Below, piece after piece: positions 1 through 10,009 of a DNA stretch of 34,698 nucleotides. The notes under the pieces are model-generated. The model saw only the letters and a list, made by a program, of their open reading frames with translations, ran no database searches and was not told the DNA's origin. The translations under genes were made by a program, and so were the position numbers. This DNA is from an uncultured Nitrososphaerales archaeon. GTDB lineage: Archaea; Thermoproteota; Nitrososphaeria; Nitrososphaerales; Nitrososphaeraceae. Each line of letters starts with the position of its first letter. Within the stretch, counting starts at the first letter, position 1. The stretch is taken from assembly GCA_963713605.1 (NCBI GenBank), contig CAVQMO010000006.1, forward strand, positions 1 through 34,698, written 5' to 3'.

Positions 1-1
1 G

Positions 2-106
2 GTTGAAGGACTGGATTTTCTTGAGGATATGAATGTAATTGCACTGGATGATAATTTCATCGGGCCACATTCATCTGCCCACGTAACTAACGTTCTTCTC
101 CCCTAA
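2..106 (+). CDS. Possible 3' end of a gene entering from the left edge (VEGLDFLEDMNVIALDDNFIGPHSSAHVTNVLLP*)
   Basis: Frame +2 is open from the window edge to TAA at 104-106; no recognisable motif. Confidence 0.25.
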   Translation, partial: VEGLDFLEDMNVIALDDNFIGPHSSAHVTNVLLP

Positions 107-574
107 GCTAGAGACCCGTAGTCCGAATGACAGGCTTCACAGGCGACGAGCCTCTTCAATCGGATTTAGGGTCTTTACATATCCTCAATTAGTGCCATTC
201 TATAGCTCCGATTCGTCTTTACCAACTATAATGAAATCAATATCATACCAATCTAACCTCTTCCTGGACTATACTGTCGATTTCCTACCACAATAACGTC
301 TCGTTCATTCAAATTTTAGAACAATTATCGGAGATTGAAAATTCTAGCATCTTATGGTGTATGCCAATTCCCCTTCCTCTTTGTGATAAATCTCAATTGT
401 TTCGATCTTAGAGGATTTGATTAAAGACTGAAATAATAAATTTGGACTTTAATATACCTAGACAAAACCAGAATTAAACATTAACGTGAATAAATACTTT
501 GCTCTTCTTAGACGCTACCCATACAAGCCTCCGTGCAATTTTTGCATAGTGCTCTTATGGTGTAGCGGGAGAAT

Positions 575-1002
575 TCACTTCCTCAGCTCCCGCTTAATAC
601 GTCCGACAAGATCGTCATTTGAAATTGGTTTTTGAATGAATGATGAAGGGACAAGATCAGGATAAATCTCTTTAAGTGCCTCATAATAAACCTCAAAAGC
701 TGTAATAAATATTACATGTACCCTCTCATCCAATTTGTTGATTTCGTCATAAAGCTCAAATCCCGTCATTCCAGGCATTCTAACGTCAAGTAATAATAAA
801 TCATAGTAATAGGGCTTGAACTTTTCAAGCGCTATGTCAGGGGAACTGTATGAATCTACAATTAAACCACTTGACTCCAGAGCAGTCACCATAGAAAATA
901 GCACGTCGGGATCGTCATCTACCAAAAAAATCCTTGTAACGTCTGATTCGGCTGACTTAGTTTCGATAGGTTTTTTTGCCGTAGACGATCAGAATCTTGC
1001 AT
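575..1002 (-). CDS. Stand-alone response regulator receiver (CheY-like) protein
   Basis: RIFLVDDD acidic pocket, LLLLDVRMPGMTG with phospho-acceptor Asp, FITA Thr, IQKP Lys. The ORF track starts at 925, but the frame is open to ~988 and ATG 1002 joins it if one base is restored in the T7 run at 971-977. Confidence 0.9.
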
Positions 1003-1252
1003 TCTTAATAATTGTTTAATGTTGTCAAGATTTGGTGATGCCCTTCAGTTGTGCATTTTACATTATGAACCCCCAGATGACTTCACTGAAGAGATCTATT
1101 CACATGATAAGCAGCAGGAGAGATGGAGATTTAGGGCTTCAGTAAGATGAGGAGGTATGCATGATACTCCTTGTAAATTTACATATCGTCCACTTTAATC
1201 ATAGTGTTCCATACCATTGAAATATCAAATAAACAAATCGAATGTCAATTAA

Positions 1253-1477
1253 CTATCTATGTCTGCGAAAATCTAGCTTCTTAGCTTTTTCCTCTTGTAG
1301 ATGATGATATCTGTCACTTTCCTTGACAAATTCCTGTCCGCAATTATGGCACCGTAACAAAGGACCATGATGTTTCATCTTCACATGATTGACCAAATCT
1401 TCATATTCATGGAATTTTTCATGGCATTCACTACATTCTTTCTTCTTGGGACTTAAAGAGAAGTGCCCCAGTTTCAT
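1253..1477 (-). CDS. Small C2H2-type zinc-finger protein (two fingers)
   Basis: CSEC-x12-H-x4-H and CHNC-x12-H motifs; TATA-like element at 1505-1511 on the minus strand. Confidence 0.85.
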   Translation of the reverse strand: MKLGHFSLSPKKKECSECHEKFHEYEDLVNHVKMKHHGPLLRCHNCGQEFVKESDRYHHLQEEKAKKLDFRRHR

Positions 1478-1511
1478 CTCTAGTACATATGTAGGGTACT
1501 AGAGTATATAT
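1478..1511 (-). promoter_or_regulatory. TATA box plus perfect 9-bp inverted repeat between the TATA and the start codon of the zinc-finger gene
   Basis: CTCTAGTAC (1478-1486), 9 nt, GTACTAGAG (1496-1504), then TATATAT at 1505-1511. Confidence 0.55.
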
Positions 1512-1698
1512 CTAATGCAAAACGATTTTCGTTATCAATGTCCCCACCAATTGTAAGTGCATATTACAATAGAAATTGATCAAAGAATGCCGTTATCTCA
1601 GCATATTTAGAACTAGAACTCAATTCATAAGGGGGTCCGATTATTGCATAACTTAGATCTGCTTTGTACGTTCATAGGATTGACAGAAATTTCTTACC

Positions 1699-2198
1699 TC
1701 AAATGGAGGAAGGGCTTATCGCAGACGAAGTGGATAGTTGCCTGTAGAGCAAGGGTTCAGGCGAAGCATCTGCATTTCCTGTAAAGTACCCATGGGCGCC
1801 GTCGTCGCAGGTGGTAGGTGGAGTTGAGCCTGAGTTAAGTATCGCGGCGAGTACTTCAGAGGGGATTGCGAAGGATATCCAGTACCATTGAATGTTGAAA
1901 GTATGTTTACTCCAGGTGCTGCGATCTTTACCGCTGGACCAAAATTACTGAAGAATGCAAATGTGTCGTCAGGTACAGTTGCATTATCGCCCCTGAGTGT
2001 AAGGTTGGGTCCAGCGGCGCCACACACACCATCACTGTCATGACGTTCGGATTATTAACTGGGGTGGTAGCAGATGCATCTTTTCCGTGATTCCCAGAGG
2101 AGACAACCTTGGTGATGCCTGCTTTGACCGCCGCATTTATGATATTATTGAGCGAGGGAGAATTCGGGCTCTCGATACTAATGTTAAGAACGTCTATC
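1699..2198 (-). pseudogene. Decayed, internally deleted paralogue of the S8 subtilisin at 3570-5254
   Basis: Pieces align to the intact gene: IDVLNISIESPNSPSLNNIINAAVKAGIT...PNV | DSDGVCGAAGP...FAFFSNFGPAVKIAAPGVNILSTFNGTGY | ...AHGYFTGNADASPEPLLYR...TGA(1699). Catalytic Asp and His region absent; the GTSMAAP (Ser) segment is deleted. Confidence 0.9.
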
Positions 2199-2453
2199 CG
2201 TCAGATGTCAGATTCGTCTGCCTTAATTCCGGGAGGTTTTTTCCGTGGACAATCAGAGTCTGGCATTCCTAATAATTGTTTATTATCTGTATTTGATTAC
2301 ATAACAATTGAGGTTAACAAATATTTGACTTAAGTGCATGAGTGCGGCTGTTATTGTTTTACGAACTCTAATATAGGGATCTACAAGTAGATCTGAGAGG
2401 AACCATTAGCGGTCAAATAAGGCTGTCTTTAAGTCCATCCGATCTCTGTTTTA

Positions 2454-2615
2454 CTATACCTTCGTCGATAGATTTCTGGCACTTGATTCGATCCACAAGT
2501 TAATTGCTTCTTCCATTGCCTTGCTTATGTTTCCCTTCTTTACTCCCATATAATCGGCAATTGCTCGCCTCAATCGCTCATCTGTCTCGTCCTTAATTGC
2601 GCTCATCTTACGCAT
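2454..2615 (-). CDS. Ribbon-helix-helix (CopG/MetJ-like) small DNA-binding protein, ~53 aa
   Basis: MRKMSAIKDETDERLRRAIADYMGVKKGNISKAMEEAINLWIE fits the archaeal RHH pattern (strand, helix, KKGNIS.A.EEAI..W). It is the C-terminal part of track ORF 2454..2888 and overlaps the stop of the upstream gene. Confidence 0.7.
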   Translation of the reverse strand: MRKMSAIKDETDERLRRAIADYMGVKKGNISKAMEEAINLWIESSARNLSTKV

Positions 2616-3023
2616 ATTTTTTCCCCAAACCTTGTTCTCTCCGCATGGCTCCATCATACTCTTCTGAAGGATTATAATTTTGTTCTCTCCGCATGGCTCC
2701 ATCATACTCTTCTGAAGGATTATAATTTTGTTCTTTCCGCATGGCACTATGGAAATCATCTGAAGGATTATAATTTTGTTCTTTCCGCATGGCACTATGG
2801 AAATCATCTGGGGATCAAAGTCTTCAGAAGCATCGTGAGTTTGTTCCACAGGTGATAATCCTAAAGAAGGGAATGAGGACACCGGCAAACCTACTCTCCT
2901 TGAAGTTTTTGAATTACTTCAGCATAATAATACAACCTATCAATTTCATCCTTGTTTTTAGCTATGATGTAACCTCTCCAAGCCTTGCGCAACGCACCCC
3001 ACGTCTGGCTTTCGAAATAACAT
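2608..3023 (-). CDS. Hypothetical protein (WGALRKAWRGY...IQKLQGELGLPVSSFP) with a 16-aa acidic repeat tail, split by frameshifts
   Basis: Adding 1 nt at ~2893 joins ORF 2891..3199 to LGLPVSSFPSLGL; adding 1 nt in the G run at ~2810-2813 leads into ORF 2608..2790 (EQNYNPSDDFHSAMRK / EQNYNPSEEYDGAMRR repeats). Start uncertain. Confidence 0.6.
2632..2810. repeat. 48-bp tandem repeat, ~3.7 copies in two variants (2+2)
   Basis: Units start at 2632, 2680, 2728 and 2776; constant core TCTGAAGGATTATAATTTTGTTCTYTCCGCATGGC. Confidence 0.95.
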
Positions 3024-3352
3024 GAATCCAATAAACGTGACCTACCTGTTCCTATCATATAGGACAGCTTTTTGCGCGAATGCGTAAGTCTACAGAACTT
3101 GGCGACAAATGAGCTATCTCTATTAAATTTATAATATTTCACCCTTAACAACCCCCCCATATACTGCGCCGAATAAACGCTCCGAATTAGGTACCTCATA
3201 GAATTTGTTAGTACTTAAACTTTTTGTTACGTTTCATAGTAGTATTAGTGTATTAGAATTAAACAAGGAAGGACATTACTGGAATCGAAAAACACCACTT
3301 GTACGCTATATTTTGGCCATTCATAATTTTGATGTATGATATGGATGGAGTT

Positions 3353-3492
3353 GGGAAGATATAGAGAAATCAAGGTAGATGGGAAGATATAGAGAAATCA
3401 AGGTAGATGGGAAGATATAGAGAAATCAAGGTAGATGGGAAGATATAGAGAAATCAAGGTAGATGGGAAGATATAGAGAAATCAAGGTAGAT
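3353..3492. repeat. Perfect 28-bp non-coding tandem repeat x5 (GGGAAGATATAGAGAAATCAAGGTAGAT)
   Basis: Identical units start at 3353, 3381, 3409, 3437 and 3465; no spacers. Confidence 0.97.
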
Positions 3493-3569
3493 ATATAGTA
3501 TAGTGTCGCTATTTTCGGTCAATCACAGTTCATTCCCTTAGCTGCTCTTTGCGAATAATTCCTGCTGTA

Positions 3570-5254
3570 TTAGCCTGTTGGCCTAGAAACTGCAGGGCTT
3601 ATAGGAGAAGATGAGGGTGTAATACTGGATGCTGAAATCGGTCCCCTGTAGAGTAGAGGCTCTGGCAAGGTATCTAGATCCCCTGTAAAGTAACCATGTG
3701 CTGCACCATCACAAGGAGTACCTGGTTGTGAGCCAGATCCCAAGATGGCAGAAGCCACTTTAGAAGGCATCGCGTAGGGATGTTGTGCCTTATATAATGC
3801 TGCCGCTCCAGTAACATATGGAGCTGCCATACTCGTTCCACTATCTACAGCATACCCTGTACCGTTGTACGTTGAGAGTATGTTTATGCCGGGGGCTGCT
3901 ATCTTAACAGCCGGACCAAAGTTGCTGAAGAAGGCAAATGTGTCGTCCTGGATAGTTGAATTTTCTCCTGCCAGAGTAAGAGCAGGTCCTGCGGCACCAC
4001 ATACTCCATCACTGTCACCAATTGCTGAGACAGTTATGACATTGGGGTTGTTAGCTGGAGTGGTAGCCGATGCATCCTTACCATAATTTCCAGCGGCAAC
4101 AACCACAGTGATACCTGCTTTGACTGCGGCATTTATGATGTTATTAAGTGCAGGAGAATTCGGGTTCTCGACACTAATGTTAAGGACATCTATTTCATCA
4201 GCATGTTGGATAGCGTATTCTACTCCCTTTATCTGATTCGTTATTTTGCATTCCCCAGCAGCATCACAGACCTTGATAGCCCAAATTCTCGCCCCGGGAG
4301 CAATCCCAACAATCCCAACGTCATTATCTTTGGCTGCGGCTATTCCTGCAACATGTGATCCGTGTCCGTTATCATCATTTCCAGTTGTAGTTCCATTGAT
4401 AAATGTCACATCTCTGTACACATTTAGATCTGGATGGTCCAAGCTCACACCAGTATCCAGAATCGCTATATCCACATTAAAGTCAGAGGCTGACATATTC
4501 GTATCTGTGCTGATTGGAGTTACTCTTTGCATTTCACAGCTTGCAGCTAGAGAACTGGCGTTAGTGAGAGTCGCGTTTGTAGCAGAAACATTTTCTACAG
4601 TATAAATGGAGGTATTACTAGCAATAGCTCGGTCTAGCATGGTTCTCTTTAGTCCGGCTGGAAGTGCTTGACTTCCTGTGAGTATATCTGTGTCACTCTC
4701 AACATCTTCTATCTGCGCATTATGACCTGACGATTGATCTAATTCGGCGTTGCTATCAGCTTGAGTGGCATTATAATCTACAAATCTTAGATCGTTGAGA
4801 AGCTCGGGACCGGGGTTGCCACGAAATGAAACTGCTTGGTAACCGGGTAGGTCGTAGACATGTATCAATGTGACACCTGGAATTGCTTGAATTTCATTTG
4901 CAACATCGTAAATGTTCACATCAAGGCAGAGCTCTGGTCTTAGCCTGCAAAATGTATTCAGGTACTATGGGAAGGAAAGGCTCTCTGGTAGATATCTCTA
5001 ATTACGACTTGACATATCCCAGATCCCAGGCATGCAGCAACATCAGTTAGTAATGATGCAGGTGCAGGACTTAATGAGTCCGAAGAGGTATCATAGCCTC
5101 CATTAGGAGAGGCTGTTGCTGAAGCCTCATATTCTCGATTACCGGAGTTGTGAGTGTCTATTGGCAGAACGTATGCTGACAGTGTTGAAAGAACAATTGT
5201 TATAAGTATTATGTGCTTATAGTTTGCGAGAATTGTTCCTTTAGTGTCGTTCAA
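3570..5254 (-). CDS. Secreted S8 (subtilisin-family) serine protease; N-terminus frameshifted near 4920-4990
   Basis: Catalytic triad motifs ILDTG, NGHGSHVAG, GTSMAAP and oxyanion AAGN. Upstream ORF 4958..5314 supplies a signal/anchor (KHIILITIVLSTLSAYVLP). TTG 5254 is a plausible start. Confidence 0.92.
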
Positions 5255-5389
5255 TCGTCTATACACCGTAAATAAATTATGTATTATATTAATATTCTCA
5301 AAATAGAACCTCAAAGAAGGATATTTTTTATGACTAATCTATTACCTTCGGATGATTCTATCGATACCGAAAGTCTACTTAAACACTAT

Positions 5390-7380
5390 CTAGGGAGTAC
5401 CGAGGTAAAAATTGCTGAGCACGGTCACTGCGGCAGCAGTCAATAACGCACATATCGCTACACCGCAAAGTGCGCCAGTAACAGTTAATGTTGAGTTCTT
5501 GAACGCATTTCTACTGTCCACATATTTGTGAAACAGTATGTAGGTTAATCCCAGAGATGCGGGTAGTTGAAATGGTATAATGTAAAGTGTTCTGCTCTGG
5601 ATGATCCAATCGCCAAGGAACAAAGGTATAATTGCCATGGCTAGGAAGATAAGAAGAAATAGTGTTGATGGTTTTCTGTAATTAGATCTCAAAACCCAGT
5701 ACAATCCCAGTAAAAGTACGACCGAATTCCCCAATATTCCCCCTAAACCGCTATTAACGGCAAATGCTAGGGTCTCCCAGCGTTGAGCATACCCACTGGC
5801 TCCCATATGAACATCTAATAATTCCAAGTCACGTATTGCGCCAGAGGTAGAACTTGTTATCAGAGATTTAGAAATGTCAATCACTACTGAAGACGCAATG
5901 ACTAGAAGAATCAAGATAATGCCCCTTTTCGAATAGTCCGTTGTTCTATGTATAATTAGCAAGATCAGAAATATACTTGCACACAGAGATATTATAGTCC
6001 AAGTATATACATGAGCAAAAAGTGTGGCTATCAGCAATATCGAAAACACTGCCAATGTAGGTTTTCTCGGATCCTTTAGAAATTGGAAAAGATAGCCCAA
6101 GCAAACATAACCTATTATTAACGCAATCCAATTTGCATAAAATCCAGCAAATATTCCAATCAAAACCTGAGATGATATGGTTGTCAGAAAAGCCGCTAAA
6201 AAAGGGGTAATATAATTTGATGTTAATTGACGAGTAAGAAAATAAACAGATAAAACAAGCATTGGAGAAAGCACTACAGGGCTACGATTTATCATGTGAG
6301 AGATATCGTCGGAATTGGTTAGCTTCACTGCAAGAAACATGAAGAATAAAGACAATGGCCTATCACCACCCTCTACAGAAAATAATTGTCTCAGAATATT
6401 CTCTAATCCTTGGTTGGAGCTCTCTGTTAAGTTGCTCATCCATAGGGTATACTCATCTGAATCTACCCCTACAAGTCGATCATCTTTGTTCAAGGCAGGT
6501 TGATAAGGGATTAGAGTGCTAAGCCTGATGATAAAGCCAAGAGAGGTAAAAGACATATTATTGTATTTCGTTTCCTTGACGTATTTTTCCTACTAAGTAA
6601 AACATTCCTGTTACAAGTACTACGTCCATCTGTAGAAGGAGGCTTTTTATCATAATCACTTTTAGGCTTCAGGATTTCTAAATATGCAAAAGGAGAGAAA
6701 AAACTCCTTAATTTCGGGAATAGCACATGAATTTCCCCAATTACTAATTTCAACGGAAAGGAAAAGACCAGGAGAATCATCCACACAGCCGATGCTGGCG
6801 ATAAGATCACAAAAATTTCATAAGCATAATTTCTAATTGAATCATTACTTGAATTAGAGAAAATGAGTGGTTGAAGAGATACCATAATCGATAACGTTGA
6901 CACAACAATAAATATCAATGAAAAATATGGCAAGAATAACGATAAGTTCACAATAACGAGTTCCTTTTTTCGATTTAATGGCATAAGCTTCTCGTAGAGA
7001 ATAAGCGCTGCTACGACGGGAAAAATGATTAGGCTGATAATCTCGATGAGAAGAGGTTCTAGAGTTATTCCGACTATTAACAGTCCTCCATATAATATAC
7101 ATGCAATCTTTCTAATTTTGGTTCTTCGCAAGGATATACATAGCCAAATAAGAAGCGCCACCGAAATTATGATATGATCTACATAATTTCCAATTACGTA
7201 CCGTTCAAATGGGTTATCATAAACAACTCTATCCTTTATAACAAAAACCTCTAATTTTAGAAACGAGCTTACCGTATAGGCGTAGAAGAATGTTACTAGC
7301 GCGAGTATTGCAGAAGTTATAATCTCTACCCTAGCGGAGCCCTTTCCAAAGCCGACAGCTAATTTTTCTATTCTTGACAT
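5390..7380 (-). CDS. Large polytopic membrane protein, possibly GT-C-fold glycosyltransferase (track ORFs 6511..7380 + 5390..6556 joined)
   Basis: Overlapping hydrophobic ORFs on the same strand; acidic loop motifs GVDSDEY and GDRPLS after a TM helix, plus GFYANW and HVYTW; located in a glycan locus. Confidence 0.6.
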
Positions 7381-7440
7381 TGCTTGTGGTCCAGCAAGAT
7401 CAGTTGCTTGCTTGATATAATATAGACTAACTGCACCCTG

Positions 7441-7893
7441 TCACGCGACGCCGCAGGGCTGATTAGGTGTTGTCTTAGTGTCAATTTGCCTTCCCTTCCT
7501 TTTTAGTAGAGGTAGACAAACTGCAGAAGCCTGTGACTTGTAACTCCAGTTAGAAGGGAATTGCGTAACAATACCAAGATAAGTATCTGCGTAAGTTAAA
7601 ATTCTATTACCACCGACTATTTGAGTATTGTTAGTGCTAACCAAACTGCGTACACTACTAATTAGTTTCTTGAACGTATTGGAAGGCTTATCTGAGCTTA
7701 CTGTGATACTGTTGTTTGTGGGACGTAAAGAAGAGGAATTAGAGGTTGAATTTCGTCGGTTCAGTGCCTCAAAATATTGAGGCGGAGTAGTCCATAGCAC
7801 TGGAGATGTACCCACTGAAAGCATTATTATTATCATTATTATTTTTATTATCGTAGCCTGAGAGTTCTTGAGGAACGATCTTGTTCCGGACAT
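7441..7893 (-). CDS. Secreted protein with the start of a PsbP-like domain, apparently truncated
   Basis: Hydrophobic N-terminus, N/S/T-rich linker, then LTYADTYLGIVTQFPSNWS resembling the F.TY.N...GI.IQYP..W start of PsbP-like domains; similarity ends there. Confidence 0.5.
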   Translation of the reverse strand: MSGTRSFLKNSQATIIKIIMIIIMLSVGTSPVLWTTPPQYFEALNRRNSTSNSSSLRPTNNSITVSSDKPSNTFKKLISSVRSLVSTNNTQIVGGNRILTYADTYLGIVTQFPSNWSYKSQASAVCLPLLKRKGRQIDTKTTPNQPCGVA

Positions 7894-8163
7894 ATGTCTA
7901 TTACATCAGATCTTTTGAGATTACACGAATAAAAGCTTGATGGTAGGTACAAAGTAAATAGATAAGATGAAGAAAAATCTAATGCAGAGCATTCTGTTCT
8001 AACACACCTCCTACACCCAGATGCTCACTCGGGAAATCAAATACTCAGTAGATATATAGAATGACCTCTGAGGGATAGGATTATCCGACTATCGAACAAT
8101 AAAGGATATGCTATTTATTAATTCCTGATTTGCATGTCTGAAGGTACATAAAATAATGTCAAT

Positions 8164-8930
8164 TCATACAAACCTTAGTCCTAGAGACCGGAATCTCTTT
8201 CCATCATCTTTTCTCGGAATCGAATAATATGTTGAATTTGAGCTTAGGTTTTTCTTCGTCTGTACCGTTCCATTCTCAATTGAAATTAAAGAAGTTATTA
8301 CAGTTCTAGGGGCAATTTCCAATAGTTTCATATATACCTCATGCAACTTAGTTAGTCCCCCAATGTCAAAAACATCTTGGTGGATAATTTCCCCGTCGTC
8401 TATTAATTCATTCATATAGTGGACAGTAACGGCACTTTCTTTCTCTCTATTGAGTAATGCCCAAAAGGAAGGATTTACTCCCCTGTATTTTGGAAGTTTT
8501 CCCGCATGTACATTGACACATGCTAACCTTGGGATAGATAGGATGTCCTTATCAAATATCCTCGAGGCAGCTATTGAAAGAATTATGTCTGCATTTAGTG
8601 ATTTTAACATTTTTTTTATATTGCCATTTTTTAAAGTATTTGTCCTCAAAAGTGGAATCTTGTACTTTTTGGCGACCTTCGCAAGTGAATAGGTATCAGT
8701 AAAATTGGCGGCAATGAATTTTTTCACCGTGTACATGCCCCCAATTTTCAAGAATTGAGTTAAGCCAAATACCTGCATCTGATTTAAGATAAATTCCCAA
8801 GAAGACATGCTGTTCGGCCTTGTTGGAAGAACAATAATAGCAACAAAATTGATAAATTGAGGCCGAGACCTAATTAGGCTTCCCATCATACGTGGAATAT
8901 AAAATGGTTCATCAATAGTAATAATAGTCT
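8164..8930 (-). CDS. Formyltransferase (Fmt/Formyl_trans_N family), probably a sugar N-formyltransferase
   Basis: NVHAGKLPKYRGVNP motif, VTVHYM..IDDG; no Fmt C-terminal tRNA-binding domain; frame open upstream of 8889 (TIITIDEPFYIP) up to the deacetylase stop. Confidence 0.85.
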
Positions 8931-8933
8931 ACT

Positions 8934-9767
8934 CTAATCTCCCTTCCAACTCCAGCTGGTAACATTTGACTTTACATCATTATATACATCTATCATGTAT
9001 CTAGATTGGTAACCTAAAGCAAGCAAATACTTGACAAAGCGTTCAAATATGCAAGCAGGGTCCTCATACATATTTTGCGCTCGATAGTAACCAAGTTTTG
9101 GGATTAGCGGCAAATAAGAATAAGATCTGACTTTTCCAAGTTCATATGTGTGCAAATCATACACGATAAGTTCAGGTAGTCCACATAGCTTGAATAGAAG
9201 CATGAAAGTATTAAATCCTAACAACTGCATGTAGCTTAGCCCTATAGGGATTCTCATTCTGGGTATCACCGAAATTGGAATTTCCATAAAGCTTGATCCA
9301 CCTACTAGGAACGGACTAACAGGAAAGGCTAATCTATTGAACCTACCTGGAAATAGTGTGGGGAAGATTGACGAATCAAACCTTATATCATTATTCTGTA
9401 GAAAAATTATTTCTTCCTTCGTAACTTTGCCTAATGGTGCTCTATATCCTAGTGGTGACCTTCCTACTAGCTTACTATGTACCTCAATGCCCTTCTCAAT
9501 GTCATTTATTTTTGATCCATTGTCCATGCTATGGCTGTAGGAATGTTGTTCAATTTCAGCTTTCATGGAGTGTAATACATCCAGAACCTGCGCATTGTCT
9601 TCTAACGTCTTGCCAGTCACAAAGGCAGTGGGTCTTATTCCATACTTTCTAGCAATTTCCTGGAACTTCAATAGGTTATCGATTCCCATATATGTGACAG
9701 TGCCCATTGTTGACATACCTCCAAAATCGGGTTCTACATCAATCGTAAAACATACTGTCTTAGGCAC
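8934..9767 (-). CDS. Polysaccharide deacetylase (CE4/NodB fold)
   Basis: FTIDVE, ATAFV-like segment, HSYSH metal motif, GYRAP, FDSS, EIP, LHTYE. Confidence 0.9.
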   Translation of the reverse strand: MPKTVCFTIDVEPDFGGMSTMGTVTYMGIDNLLKFQEIARKYGIRPTAFVTGKTLEDNAQVLDVLHSMKAEIEQHSYSHSMDNGSKINDIEKGIEVHSKLVGRSPLGYRAPLGKVTKEEIIFLQNNDIRFDSSIFPTLFPGRFNRLAFPVSPFLVGGSSFMEIPISVIPRMRIPIGLSYMQLLGFNTFMLLFKLCGLPELIVYDLHTYELGKVRSYSYLPLIPKLGYYRAQNMYEDPACIFERFVKYLLALGYQSRYMIDVYNDVKSNVTSWSWKGD

Positions 9768-10009
9768 AGACCTATTAGCATTGGTAGGGATAAAAAATGT
9801 TACTCAGTCAGTATAGCCAACAATCCGTATCTACATTTGAAGTTTCGCCGTTGGTTTTAGGTTATTATCATGTCCTGCTTATGGCTGGTGTATAATTGCT
9901 TGGTGCATAGTGGACTTTCCATGAGGCATAATAACGATGCTTAGCATAAGCAATACATACCATCAGATATTGTGTGATAAAGATATATGATACATGATTT
10001 TTTTAATAA

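Noticed and set aside
2632..2810. Mini-CRISPR (35-bp constant part plus variable part)
   Set aside because: Variable parts are only ~13 bp and occur as identical pairs; the 48-bp period keeps a reading frame, so it is a coding repeat.
2454..2888. A single 144-aa repeat-RHH fusion protein
   Set aside because: Better explained as an artefactual join of the upstream gene's middle, an off-frame repeat and a separate RHH gene.
3353..3492. CRISPR array (28-bp repeats)
   Set aside because: Units are head-to-tail with no spacers, and no cas genes are present.
3570..5254. S8 protease as the maturation enzyme of peptides A and B
   Set aside because: It is more than 25 kb away across an unrelated locus; nothing in the sequence links them.
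8164..8930. Methionyl-tRNA formyltransferase (fmt)
   Set aside because: Archaeal context, no C-terminal tRNA-binding domain, and location in a glycan operon.
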